Shown one piece after another: positions 24,728 to 38,964 of a stretch of 64,000 nt of DNA. This stretch comes from Haliotis rufescens (taxonomy: Eukaryota), in NCBI RefSeq assembly GCF_023055435.1, contig NW_025964372.1:38564001-38628000 (forward strand). Reading direction: 5' to 3'. The notes beneath the pieces were generated by a model that ran no database searches, was not told where the DNA came from, and saw nothing but the letters and a program-made list of their open reading frames with translations. Position numbers and translations under genes: made by a program. How positions within the stretch are numbered: the stretch's first letter is position 1; each line of letters starts with the position of its first letter.

Positions 24728-24897
24728 GGGGGGCGGTCGGGTAGCCTAGTGGTTAAAGCGTTCGCTCGTCACGCCGAAGACCCGGGTTCAAATCCTGACA
24801 TGGGTACAATGTGTGAAGCCCATTTCTGGTGTCCCCCACCGTGATATTGCTGGAATATTGCTAAAAGCGGCGTAAAACCATACTCACTCACTCACTC
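24728..24897 (+). mobile_element. Full-length tRNA-derived SINE (family 1), unit-specific insertion
   Basis: A box TAGCCTAGTGG, B-box-like GGTTCAAATCC, (ACTC)n tail and TSD TCAACTGTAACGG. The empty site is seen at ~12135, ~37077 and ~44253. Confidence 0.85.
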
Positions 24898-26654
24898 AAC
24901 TGTAACGGATTTGTTTTCTTCTCCATTGATCAGTGTATACACACACGCATGCATGCACGCACACACGCACACAAAACAAATCAAACAATCTGTCGTCATT
25001 GTTCGTGGCGTTGATAAAATATTTGGCAATATATGAAGTCAATGCCTTGCTGAACTTTGTACCAATCCACATATGCAGAAAATTATCATATTATAGAACT
25101 TTCTTTTGCAATATATGAATTCAATGCCTTGCTGAACTATGTCCCAATCCAGATATGCAGAAAATTATCAGATTATAGAACTTTCTTTTTGATATTGCAC
25201 CTTTAAATTATTGATTTTACCTACAGCTCACATAAAAAGGAGGGACCATGGTGATAGAAAGCCAGCAACCCATTATTGTGATTACTACATCAATAGTGAC
25301 ATTAAGTATGGGACATTGCACCTGTAATTCTGTTTGTGTAACCTGAACATATTATTTGAATCACCTGCGCTAGAAACATACTTTCTGTCACTACGCAAGC
25401 GAACTACATTCATGTGTTATTCAATAAATCTCAATAAAAACTGCGGATATTATTGTTATTATTGTTAATAACCATGTCTAACCAGGTTGGCGTCTCTGCG
25501 CAGAGGGTATGGTGGCTTAGCATTGGTTGTTGTTGTTAATACATCGTCCAGATTTATTGTGCCGTCCCTCATCTTTTTAATATATATTTTCGTTAGATAT
25601 AACGTCTTTAATGAATAAGGTCAATAAAAAAAGTAAAGAGACATGATAAAAAAAGGAGACGTTAATTGATTTTAATTGACTTGAGAAAACTACTCATACC
25701 TTCGGAAATGAGTATTTGACCATCATTTACAAACGCTACAAGATGCCCTTTTAAAAACACATACATAATTTAGTATCTAAAGAGGACCAGCCCATACGAT
25801 ATTCTTATCATGGAAAAACTACCAGTATTCGAAACAGCTCTTCTTAATATTTGAGAGTAGATAGGCCCTAAGTTTATGCTTGTATGGTAACCATGAACAC
25901 ACAATGCCATTTAGAAAGTGGTCAAATGTAACAAATGTTATATTTGGAATAACACTTTCTGAGTAAAGTACAGATTCTCGTACATTTTCTGAGCGCCGTC
26001 CTGGATTCGAACCCACACTGATAGAGTGAGTACGAGAGTCTGTACTTTACTCACAAAGTGTGATCCCAAATATAACACTTGTTACTTTTAACAACATTCT
26101 AAATTGCATTGTGCGTTCATAGCTTTCGGCCATGGAAGCTGTGCCAATTTACACATGTCAGAGGGGTAGACAAAGTACGTGATCTAGAATACCAGTTGTC
26201 GGATTTTCATTTTGTGGAAGCCTCTGTGGCTGAGTGGGTTAGATCGCTGACTTTGTGTGCTGGCGATTAGGTGCCTCACTCTTGCAGTGTCGGTTCGAAT
26301 CCCGGATGGGACTCAGAAATTGTCATCCCAAATATAACATTTGTTACATGGTAACCATGGCCTTTAGAAAATATAGTAAAGCGTCCATTGTTGACTTAGG
26401 GTAAAGGCAAGTGGTGGTGTAGCGACTTGAATCAAATGTGTTTGATGCCAATTTGTGTGAGCATAATCCCCTAAATGTATTCTCGATCTAATGGAAAACA
26501 AACATATACAGAAGGTACTGTTTTGCAAAGAATGGGTTGCCTAAAACGTAGCAACTTCGGTTGGCTCTAAATATGCGGATCCGGAACCGAATTGAGCATG
26601 ATTCATTTCTTGATTAATAATCATATCATAGTGTGATCTTATCTCGATTCCATT

Positions 26655-28127
26655 CAGTGTTCACGGAGTCTTTTCACTTAGTGTTCACGTAGTCTTTTCA
26701 TTTAGTGTTCATGTAGTCTTTTCATTTAGTGTTCACGTAGCCTTTTCATTTAGTGTTCACATAGTCTTTTCATTTAGTGTTCACGTAGTCTTTTCATTTA
26801 GTGTTCACGTAGTCTTTTCAGTTAGTGTTCACTTAGTCTTTTCATTTTGTGTTCACGTAGTCTTTTCATTTAGTGTTCACATAGTCTTTTCATTTAGTGT
26901 TCACATAGTCTTTTCATTTAGTGTTTTTGTAGTCTTTTCATTTAGTGTTCATGTAGACCTTCATTTAGTGTTCACGTAGCCTTTTCATTTAGTGTTCATG
27001 TAGACTTTACATTTAGCGTTCATGTCGACTTTACATTTAGTGTTCACTTAGTCTTTTCATTTTGTGTTTATGTAGACTTTTCATTTAGTGTTTACGTAGT
27101 CTTTTCATTTAGTGTTCATGTAGACTTTTCATTTAGTGTTCACTTAGTCTTTTCATTTTGTGTTCACGTAGTCTTTTCATTAAGAGTTCATGTAGTCTAT
27201 TCATTTTGTGTTCGTGTAGTCTTTTCATTTAGTGTTCACGTAGTCTTTTCATTTAGCGTTCATGTAGTCTTTTCATTTAGTGTTCATGTTGTCTCTACAT
27301 TCAGTGTTCCCGTAATCTTTTCATTTAGTGTTCACGTAGTCTTTTCATTTAGTGTTCATGTAGTCTTTTCATTTAGTGTTCACGTAGCCTTTTCATTTAG
27401 TGTTCACATAGTCTTTTCATTTAGTGTTCATGTAGTCTTTTCATTTAGTGTACACGTAGCCTTTTCATTTAGTGTTCACGTAGTCTTTTCATTTAGTGTG
27501 CATGTAGACTTTTCATTTAGTGTTCACTTAGTCTTTTCATTTTTTGTTCACATAGTCTTTCCATTAAGAGTTCATGTAGTCTATTCATTTGGTGTTCGTG
27601 TAGTCTTTTCATTTAGTGTTCACGTAGTCTTTTCATTTAGCGTTCATGTAATCTTTTCATTTAGTGTTCACGTAGTCTTTTCATTAAGTGTTCATGTAGT
27701 CTTTTCATTTAGTGTTCATGTAATCTCTACATTCAGTGTTCACGTAGTCTTTTCATTTAGTGTTCATGCAGTCTTTTCATTTAGTGTTCACGTAGTCTTT
27801 TCATTTAGTGTTCGTGTAGTCTTTTCATTTAGTGTTCATGTAGTCTCTACATTCAGTGTTCACATAGTCTTTTCATTTAGTGTTCACGTAGTCTTTTCAT
27901 TTAGTGTTCATGTAGTCTTTTCATTTAGTGTTCATGCAGTCTTTTCATTTAGTGTTCACATAGTCTTTTCATTTAGTGTTCATGTAGTCTTTTCATTTAG
28001 TGTTCATGTTATCTTTTCATTTAGTGTTCATGTAGTCTTTTCATTTAGCGTTCACGTAGTCTTTTCATTTAGTGTTCATGTAATCTTTTCATTTAGTGTT
28101 CACGTTGTTTTTTCAATGGGAGTTCAT
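26655..28127. repeat. 24-bp minisatellite, expanded, ~61 units
   Basis: Direct tandem repeats; source of the spurious 214-aa ORF. Confidence 0.95.
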
Positions 28128-29994
28128 ATCGTCACAAGTTGACATTGATATAGCTCGTGTCGTATCGGGGTATTGAGTGAATGCGTCACATGGTTGCTAT
28201 GTGACGGGAGTGTGGACGTGACACGCAGCAAAACAAGAAGTGAAGAAGTGTCGTCGGTTGTTACAAATGCACACGGCGCCCACAGCTTCACTTGTTTTGC
28301 TGTGTGTAAATAGATGTCACGTTATTGGTCAGCTAGGGTGTTTTAGTTGAAACATTATCTTTATTTCTCAATAAACCTGAGTGATAGTTTTATATCAGTC
28401 ATGTAGTATACAACCCAAATGACGTGAACAAAAACATTCTATCTTTGTAGAGAGAATAGAGACACATTTATCAGTGTCCCCTGCCATTTCTTGAATGACT
28501 ATCTGTGGCGACTAACGGGATCGGGTATTCAGACTCGCTGACGTGGTTGTTTCATGTCTTCGTATCCCAATGCATCACTGCAGGAAATGATTGCGGGAGC
28601 GGATGTATGTTGTTTGACCAGCCGACTCTATTCCAGTTTTATCACTGCCTGTAAATAATTGAATCTTAGAAAGACATACAAGAGGTTAAAAACAACGATC
28701 TACCCGTTAGGAGTAGGATGCCAAACTATCAGCCAGGTCACACATGGAAACCACCCGATCCCTATAACTCAGATCTTTCCTTTCCTTTGAGTGAGGGAGT
28801 ATGGTTTGACGCTGCTTTTAGCAATATTCCAGCCATATAAAGGCACCAATGTTGGGCATCGAACCCAGGTTTAAGGCATGACTAGTGAACTCCTTAACCA
28901 CTAGGCTATCCCATCGCTCCTAGATCCGACATTTGTGGAGAACTCGTTGAGTTTTGGTGGTGGCTTTTTATGGTTCATTATTTACATAGCTGGCAACAAA
29001 CAACGTTTGTTTTTTAAGAATTTCAGGGGTCACGCCATGCCGTGTCGTCGCTGCAGTTTCCTGTGCAGAGTTGCGTCCCTTAGGCTAACCGGAAACCTAT
29101 GATTGTCAATTCGAATCTCATATTCAACCTGATTAGGCGTTTAAGCACCATACTCGTTCTCATGGGTTTCACCAAACTCGCGGACATGTGCTGCGGGCAT
29201 TAAAATCTCCACACGTTTCATTTTTGTTTTTGTTGTTTCTGTCAGGTACAATTGACAATTTCATCCAGACCTACAAGGTGAAAGGCAGAGGACAATTCAA
29301 CCACGTCCTAATAAAAGCTGTTAGAAGTGTAACATATAGCCCGTGTAAATATAGGATGGATACAAAACGAGAAGCGCTGGAAAAAAATAGAGATTGAAAT
29401 GTTTAATGAAGCGTCACACGATATATGATTTACATCACACTTTTGGAATAAAATATCTGTAGTAGTAGACATCAGCTCGACTGCTCGGTCATGGCAGTAG
29501 GAGTAGTGAGTGAGTATGGTTTTACGCCGCTTTTAGCAATAGTTCAGCAATATCACGACGGAGTAGTTGTAGTAGCAGTAGCAGTATTGGTATTGACAGT
29601 AGCAGTAGAAGCAGGCAGTACAATAAGTAGCAGTAGGTGTAGTAGTAGCAGTATTTGGTATTGATAGTAGCAGTAGCAGCAGCACAGAGCACTGGTAGTA
29701 GCAGTAGCAGTAGTAGTGAACAGAACAGTAGCAGTAGCTGTAGTAGTTGCAGAAGCAGTAGCAGTGACGGCGACAGTGTTAGGATTCATATGAAGGCAAG
29801 CTGCCTGTAGGGGCACTATATGCCTGGGTCTGACTATAACACATAACACGTCAATAACGTACTTACACAGTCAGTCAGTACACACGAAACAGAGCGAACA
29901 TGACTATAAGTATAATAGCATTGACTTGAAAAGTGTGAGGCAGGTGAAGAGGTAGTTCATCAGGTATGAAGCTGGCACGTGACTGAAGAGGAAG

Positions 29995-31867
29995 TCAGCG
30001 TTTTCTCAGTCTCTGTGTCTGCGTCGCGCCATCCTTGGTCTGAGCCTGGGAACAGAAACAAGCACAGAGTAAGGCCAAGTCGTCTGAGTCAACACGATTC
30101 GCTGTGCAGGGTTTTGTCCCTTGACGTGCCGAACCTTATGATCGTGGGCTCGACTCCCCTTGATTATGACGCTTGGTTTGCCGCGTAGAGCTCATTCACA
30201 AGTAATCTCGAAGTCTGGGGTTCCCATGGAATATATAAGGCATCATTTTGCAACACTGCTGAACCGGAATAACAAATACCTTGTTTAAATATTTAGTTGA
30301 GTAAAAACAATTCTTGAGCTAGCTAAGTTCTCAAAACAGTGGCTTTATTAAATAGTGTTGCGAACATTAGGTAATAAGTTCTTGAACAAGTTGGCATTAT
30401 ATTGATGCATGGAGCTCAATAGAAGTAGTGAGTGAGTTGGCGTTGATGCTGCTTTTAACAGTATTCCAGTTATATCACGGCGTGTCAGCTTCATGTTGGA
30501 GGAAAGCCTGAAATGATGCGGGCCTCATACGTTTTCTACTTCGGTGAAACCTACGAGCACGGGTATGGTGCTGAAAAACCTAGATACATAATCGGGGCGA
30601 ACCGAGATTCGAACCCACAATCATAGGTTTCTGGCGTGCTTAAGGAACGCACTCTGCACTGCAAATCGCGGCGCCTTAGACGACTGGCCCACCCATGCCC
30701 CCTCAATAGACGTAATTCTGATTGGGAACAACATCTGTATATTATCAGATTGCTTTAGAGCTTTGACAACGCTACTATTTTATGACAAATCATCTCAAAC
30801 GATAAGGAAAGATATATCGAATTAATTGAGCGTTACTGTATAAGAAATGAGTGTAATTAGTGAAATTATGAAGAACACTGAATAGTATTTATTAAACAGA
30901 AAGGTCATCTTACGAACGCGATTTCCAACACACACAATAGCGGATTTAAGGAATCGGATCCCACTCCAACCCTGAAGTTAAACATGTTTGTTTGTTTGAG
31001 TCTGGACCAGACAATCTCGTGATTGACATCATGAGCATCGATCCACGTAAATGGGATACAATGACATGCAATCAGCCAAGTCACCGAGCCTGACCACGCA
31101 ATCCATTTATTCGCCTCGGACGACAAGCTTACTGTATGTTGCCGGGGACGTATATTCTTTACCGGAATCCCCAGGGGTAGTTAACCATGGGAACCACCCA
31201 TCGTATTCATACCTCTCCCTTGGGGACAAGGTGTTCAGATAAGTCCGAGAATTTCAATTTCAAATGTATGTAGGTATGTCAAACATATTTAAAAACAATA
31301 AGATTTCATTATGATAATAGACCAATGAAAATATTCATTTCAGTCAATACCTCATGGGTTGTTAAGACTCAACATTCCCCTACTAGGGGTGAATTCACAC
31401 GACCGATTGGGGGCGATGCAGTAGTGATGTGTGTGGTTTACGTCAACTCATTAAATGAGGCCGTGGTATCGCATGGAAGTGAAATAAGCCCTACTGAAGC
31501 AACGTGTTGAGTACATGGCCGTAAGACAACTTTAACATGTTGCACGGAAAATAGTGCCGTTTGTGCTGTCATCACTGAGCTCTGATTGGTCATGGTTTCC
31601 CTCTCGCTAGAACCAGGCCGTGTCTTGATTGGTTGGTTTATAATAGCAACTACATCCCAAAAAGCGTTCGTATGTATTCTCTGGTAAGGGAGGAGCGTAG
31701 TGCCTACAAACCAGTGATGTTTTGACGAAGGATGAAAGGCTGAGCTGACTTACTGTAATGACGAAGTCTCCATCTCTGTAGGTGTCCACGTCCCAGTGCA
31801 TGACGACCCCGTTCTTGTCTTGAGTCATCTTCTCGATGAAGTGATCGTTTCGTAGAGAGATCAGGCT
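29995..31867 (-). pseudogene. Orphan FABP-A exons 3 (31754..31867) and 4 (29995..30045), both intact
   Basis: Exon 3 encodes the same 38 aa as the parent and keeps the AG and GTAAGT sites. Exon 4 reads AQTKDGATQTQRLRKR* (one E>Q). The unit lacks its own exons 1-2. Confidence 0.75.
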
Positions 31868-32707
31868 CTGAAACAAGTAGGAAAGATGTTTATAAACATA
31901 ATGCAGATACACAGATGACTTGTTCTTGACCATAAGTTCGAGACGTCCAACTCTCTTCCGTTAGCGAAGTGGGAAGCGGGATAATCTCATTAACATTGGA
32001 TCTTTGGTCTTACTACCGCTAAACAAATATGTGATGTCAGCCCACTTTTTGGTTATGTCAGAATGACCTTTCACGCGACCAATCGGAGCGTCGCTTACTA
32101 GATCGGCCAAGTGATACATGGAAGGTAATTTCTAATCGTGCATCATTAGAAATGTTAACACTTGATATTCTGAACGACAGTTACGTTCGTACGACTGATT
32201 CCGTCAAAATCATCACCCATCTCTCGCTTCAATGGGTTAAACATTTAAAACAGAAGACTTTCCACACTGTCTTGCACCTTCCTTCTCGACCTTCCAGTTT
32301 CTTTAGTTTAGTGTTCAAATTTTGATTCGATATTTTTCAAAGCGAGACTGAAAAGGAAGTCGCCAGTTTGAAACTAGTGCCGTAAAGCGCTTGTGAGCTG
32401 CTTTCTGACTGGCTGATGACAACTTCTTGTGAGTAATTTCATTGGTCAGTCCTAATTCGCTTAAGTTCATTCTTATGTGACCTGCAATTGGATGTCCTGA
32501 GATCTTTGTGCAGCGGTAGCGAGCACTAGGATCTGATTTTAATGAGTGTGGAAGCGACTCGGGCTGATTTCTCCCCAAATTGACTGGTAATATTCATCCC
32601 TAAATCGTAATTTATTTGTGCAAGTGAAACCTATGCACGTTATACGAAAATACGTCAATTTGGGTACTTCTTGTTTTCCTTGCTGTCGAGCGCGTGCGAA
32701 CGCGCGG

Positions 32708-32760
<53 letters not shown>

Positions 32761-34143
32761 CACTTACATGTAAGTACAAAAATCTTGAACACAACGTTGA
32801 ACCCCATTTCACCTCGTCTAGAACTGTAAAAAAATGATCCATTGATTGACGGAGTTGTCCTCCGTTTGATATGAACTGAAGCGCACATAAAATATACACC
32901 TGGAAAGCGGAAGTCTTGTCAAAACGAAACAAGGATTACAGTTGTCAGACAGGTGAAGGACACTCTCTCGCGCCCTGTGTTCAAATCATCGGCACCAACT
33001 CAGGTAAGGGGTAAACTGTTCACACAACTGTACTGAACAATGGTTTTTCTGGTGTAGAATGTGTTGCGGTATTTACCAGATTTAGTACTGTACACTCAGT
33101 TGTTGACAACACAGCCACACCCTGTTAGATATACAACTGCAGATATTGTAACAGTCATTTGTCAGTCAGTCAGTATCACATAGATCAGGTGATACTTAAC
33201 ACAGCTGCCGACTGTCCCGTGATTACGCGTGTGACTGTTTGTGACTGAAGCCATATTGAAGTGGAAGTAAACCATGTGTGGAATCCACAGAGTAAATCGT
33301 TACAAGGAGTTTGTGTTAGACTCAAGAGTTGTGTCCCTTTGATCATCTTGTGCAAGTCAAAACATGCACCTGTCTTCATACGTTCATTGTGACTTGAGTT
33401 GTAAACATTTATGGTTAGTGGCTTGGTCGTTGTCTCGCATATTTGTGCTTTAAACACTGAATAAGGTTGACTGTTAAAGGGCGGAAATGTGATTTTGTTC
33501 GATTGAAATAGTGAAGTATGACACTTGAGTATGGGTAACTGGACAGTTGTTGGTTTCATCTGAACATATATCCAGATGTCGACCCTCACGCTTGCAAGGG
33601 CATCTTCATCGAGGGTAAGAAAAACAATTATAGGTGACCGGCACTGTGCACAAACACCTTAACTTGCCAATTTGACGGTTATGGTTCTAGTTGTGTACAT
33701 GTGGGTTTTTTTGTTATTGTTTGTTTGTTTGTTTGTTTGTTGGAGGGGGGGGGGGGGGGGGGGGGGGGGGTTGTTGGTTGGTTGTGTGACTGGCTGAACA
33801 AAACGATACTCGAGGTTAACGATGTCCATTATCTTTACAGAGTTGTGTCCTTTTGATATTCATCCTCACCATCTGCACTACAGGCATCTGATTCACTTTG
33901 TATGTAAGACACTTGAGGTTTGTACATTTTAATGTTTAAAAGTGTGTCAAAAGTCGTCTTTGGGTATGCATTTTTAATAGGGTTGCAAAGTTGCGTGAAA
34001 TATAATTGTATAGACTAAGATAGTGATGTTTGACACTTTACTGGATAGTTGTAGATTTCATCCAACATAAGGTATCAGAAACTGATATCTGACCTACGAA
34101 GAAACTACCTCAATTTGCATTTATTGCTCATTTTCAGATAGGC

Positions 34144-34213
<70 letters not shown>

Positions 34214-34474
34214 AATTGTTGTCTGGCAATGCTCAAAAGTGATTTATAAGTGCATTTGCAAAGGGCAAAACAGTGATGAACATTATGTGAATAGACTCCT
34301 GAAAACACCATGCAAAGTGTAGCTGATTCTGTAGGTTTTGATTTAAAAGAAGTGAATTTTAATACTCATGCAGTTAATATCTTATAATGGAATGGTTATG
34401 TATATTTAAGGTTTAAATCATCTACTCACGGCTTATGTCTGTATATTCCTGTATTGTCAGTTCCAAGTTTCGCA

Positions 34475-36359
34475 ATGTCCTGTGAGAGCCGAGAATCTGG
34501 ATATGTGGACAACTGGCAGTCAGGGAAGACTGTCACAGAGTGTAATCTGCGCATGCTCGACACGGAAGACTTCTGTGACGTCACTTTCTTATTGGGGTCA
34601 GAGAAACAGGTGGTCCGAGCTCACCGCTACGTTCTTGTCAGTCGCAGCTGTGTCTTCCATGCAATGTTCTGTGGCCCCCTGGCGGAGAAAGGGGAGGTAA
34701 CCATTCCTGACATTGCTGCAGACATCTTCAAAGAGTTCCTGAGGTTCGATTAATCTTTTAATTTTACAAAACAATCAAATACCCAATGACAAAACACCTT
34801 CCATTTTACTTTGCGTGATATGTACCAATGTCTCCAAGTCACTTGGCAGACAGAAATGTATTCCTCCACAATGAGAGTCAATTTAAACTGTATGAATTTG
34901 CATATTTCCTTGAAGTGTTCAGTCTTCCTGCGTCATCAAGGTAGCCTTGTTGTATCTGTAATACATGACTACCCGACCAAGCAAGTCTGAAGTAAGAATA
35001 TCATGTAGGTTAACATATACAGGTAACTATAAACGTCCTCACTACAGAATAACCAGTATAAATTATCCAACGAAACAGATTCCATTGGGTGTAAAAGTCA
35101 ATGTGGCGATGAAAATTTTGTAAATGGATCACTGAAATGTCTAAACAAGTGTCATATATATAAGACAACCTAACCTGATTGTGCTATTTGGACGTGAATT
35201 AAGTTGATAAATCTCATGAAAGCTTGGTTTTAATTACTCGTAACATTGAAATCCTACAAACTGTTGTAGGTATGTGTACACAGAGAAGACTACTATCAAC
35301 GCTGAAACAGTCACAGGACTAATGTACACCTCCAGGAAGTATTCTCTGGATGCATTGTACGATCTGTGTGTAACGTTTCTGGAGACGTCCCTGTCAGAAG
35401 ACAATGTCTGCCAGATCCTGGAGCAGTGTCATGGTTACGGGGAGCTAGACCTGGAACAGAAGGCCCTGAAGATCCTGACTGAAGGAGGGGAGAGAGTCAT
35501 CCAGTCTCCAGGGTTTGTAGATCTCTGTCCTTGTTGTCTGGAAAAGTTCCTCAAATCAAACACTCTGAACCTGAAAGAGTCCGACATATTTGAAGCAGTC
35601 GTGTCGTGGACAAAGGAGCGGTGCAGGAAGGAAGGTGTGAGTGACACGCCTGAGAACCGACGGAGACTCCTGGGAGATATGAGGTATGAGATCCGGTTTA
35701 CCAGCATCCCCCTGGAGTATCTGGTGAAGGTTGTCGGCCGATCTGGTGTGCTGACAAACAGTGAGAGAGTTCAGATAATTGACAGATCTGTTGACTCGAC
35801 TGTTGATATGTCTCCATTTACAACTGTACAGAGAAAGAAGTCGGGCGTTGCTCAGATGCAGGAGCTCAATATTTATAAACATGTAAGCAGATTTCGATAT
35901 GCGTCAGATTGTTGGTATTTTGCTGATACAATCAGCAGGCATGCTATCTCGTTTTCTGTCACTCACAACATTCACCTGAAAGGATTTCAGCTCTACCGTG
36001 AAGAGAGTAATGACGACTTCCTACTGAGTATAAGGGTGTATGACCAAAATAACATAGTTGTTGCTGAACCCTTATTGAACACATGGATGACTCTTCACAG
36101 GAACCAAGAGATGACTGATGTCCTATTTCCCGAGTCTGTACCACTGCAGCCAAGCACAACCTACAGTCTGTGTGTGGACCTACATCCCGGTAGCTATTAC
36201 ACTGGGTTTGATGGAAAGAAGACTGTAACCAGTGATGGAGTACAGTTCACATTCTCACACTCCCCACTTGACACTGCAGGAACATCACCACAGTGTGGAA
36301 ACATACCTGGCTTGATATTCAGCATCCCAACAGAGATGAAGTGTTTGAAAAGATGGTGA
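34475..36359 (+). CDS. BTB-BACK-PHR protein copy G3; join(34475..34743,35270..36359), 452 aa
   Basis: Same exon structure, splice sites and motifs as G1; intact frame. Confidence 0.92.
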
Positions 36360-38850
36360 TACTGTCAATTCTTCCACTCAACCATGGGATGAGATAATGA
36401 CCACAACATTCAGCTAACATCCTGTGTGCGTTTGTACAGGATTTGATGTGAATACTTTATTGAAATTTCAATTGGATGTACTTTTAAACAACACTGACAG
36501 CTTGTGCAATTGTATGTTACGTTCACATGTTACATCATTTTCGTTTCATAGTTTCTATAGATTGACTGTCTGCCTGTGTAATAATGCGATTTACATATCA
36601 AATAATCAAATATTGTACTACACACTGAAGTGTTTTAATGTTTCGATTGCAGCTTAACACATCTTCTTACATCAAGTGATGCGTGCATGTCTAAGCGTTA
36701 CTGTTTTGAATGTACAAAGATGTTGCTCCAAGCTGTGTACAGTGATTAGCCCCTGCCTACAGAAACAAATACCTTATTGGGTTGTGTTTCGCCGCCGTCA
36801 GACATTCTTTATATATAGACTCACAACACCAGGTACACTTCCAAATTTCATTTTAATCATCATATTTCATTAATTAAATACAGTTAAGTTAGCGAGAAAA
36901 TAAGTCAATTCTTAACATTAAGTCCAAAAATGGCATACTCGGTTCTCTGCTAACACGGGTTCGTCTATTCAAATAAATATAATGTTAGCCAAAAACATAA
37001 TGGGAATAAGTCAGGCAGGGCAGGGTAACTACGGCAGTCTGTAATCGTTGTCTCCAATCGAGGACCTTTACAACTTCAACTGTAACGGATTTGTTTTCTT
37101 CTCTAATGATCAGTGTACACACACACACGCATGCACGCACGCACGCAAACAAAACAAAACAAACAATCTGTCGACATTGTTCGTGGCGTTGATAAAATAT
37201 TTGGCAATATATGAGTTCAATGCCTTGCTGAACTATGTCCCAATCCAGATATGCAGAAAATTATCAGATTATAGAACTTTCTTTGGCAATATATTAATTC
37301 AGTGCCTTGCTGAACTATGTCCCAATCCACATATGCAGAAAATTATCAGATTATAGAACTTTCTTTGGCAATATATTAATTCAGTGCCTTGCTGAACTAT
37401 GTTCCAATCCACATATGCAGAAAATTATCAGATTATAGAACTTTCTTATTGATATTCCACTTTTAAATTATTGATTGTACCTGCAGCTCACATCAAAAGG
37501 AGGAACCATGGTGATAGAAAGCCAGCAACTCATTAATGTGATTACTACATCAATATTGACATTAAGTATGGGACATTGCACCTGTAATTCTGTTTGTGTA
37601 ACCTGAACATATGATTTGAATCACCCCCGCTAGAAACATACTCTCTTTCACTACGCAAGCAAGCTACATTCATGTGTTATTCAATAAATCGCAATACAAA
37701 CTGCAGATATTATTGTTATTATTGATAATAACCATGTCTAACTAGGGCACAGAGGGTATGGTGGCTTAAAATTGGTTGTTGGTGATCCATCGTCCATTTA
37801 CATATTGTGCCGTCCCTCATCTGTTTTATGTTCTAAATAAACCTAAAACAGTAAAAACTGTGATATATTACTACTACCCCTTGGTGACAGTTTGGTATCA
37901 TAATATAAATACATAGATTTTTCATCTCACGATATGGCTGAAATATTGGCGAAGGGAAACTAAAACTTGACTCACTCACTCATTCATTAAGATATCACTG
38001 ACGAAACAAAGAATATTTTGAGAAATGGACCATCAAACACTTGCTTCGATCTCACCCTCTAAATGTAATGTTCATCCCTCCCTCCCCCGCCAAATGGCTG
38101 ACGCACCATGTGGAGTACAACCTGGGATCATGGGATCGGGTTTTCAGACTCGCTGACCTGGTTGTTTCTTGTCTTCGTATCCGAATGCATCTCTGCAGGA
38201 AATGATTGAGGGAGCGGGTGTATGTTGTTTGACCAGCCGATAGCATCCCAGTTTTATCACTGCTTGTAGGTAATTGGTTATGATGACAAACAATCAGCCA
38301 CGTTGCCGGGGAATCTCGGAATCCCCAGGGGTAATTAACCATGGGAACCACCCATCGTATTCATACCTCTCCCTGGGGACAAGGTGTTCAGATAAGTCCG
38401 AGAATTTCAATTTCAGATGCATGTAGGTATGTCAAAATAGTTTAAAACCATAAGATTCCATTATAATATTTGACCAAGGTAAATATTCATTTCACTCAAT
38501 GCTTCACGGGTTTGTGGAGGAGCCTTGGGGGCAGTGCAGTAGTGGCGTGTGTCAACCCATTAAATGAGGCCGTGTTACCCCATAGAAGTAAAAAAGCCCT
38601 ACTGAAGCAATGTGTGGAGTACATGCCCGTAAGATAATTTTGGATGCTGCACGGAAAATATTGTGCTGTTTGTGCTATGTCATGTCTGAGCGCCCATTGG
38701 TCATGCTTTCCCTCTTGCTAGAAGCAGGTCGCGTCTTGATTGGTCGGTTTATAATAGTAGCTACTCCCAAAGCGGGAGCATGTATTCACTGGTAAGGGGG
38801 GAACAAACCAGTGATGTTTTGACGAAAGATAAAAGGCTGAGCTGACTTAC

Positions 38851-38964
38851 TGTAATGGCGAAGTGTCCATCTCTGTAGGTGTCCACGTCCGAGTGCATGA
38901 CGTCCCCGTTCTTGTCTTGAGTCATTTTCTCGATGAAGTGCTCGTTCCGTGAAGAGATCAGGCT
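38851..38964 (-). pseudogene. Orphan FABP-A exon 3 (in frame, 6 substitutions); exon 4 deleted in this unit
   Basis: Encodes SLISSRNEHFIEKMTQDKNGDVMHSDVDTYRDGHFAIT; TAG acceptor and GTAAGT donor are retained. Confidence 0.8.

Noticed and set aside
27498-28142. 214-aa (VHVVFSFS)n ORF
   Set aside because: Translation of the 24-bp minisatellite.
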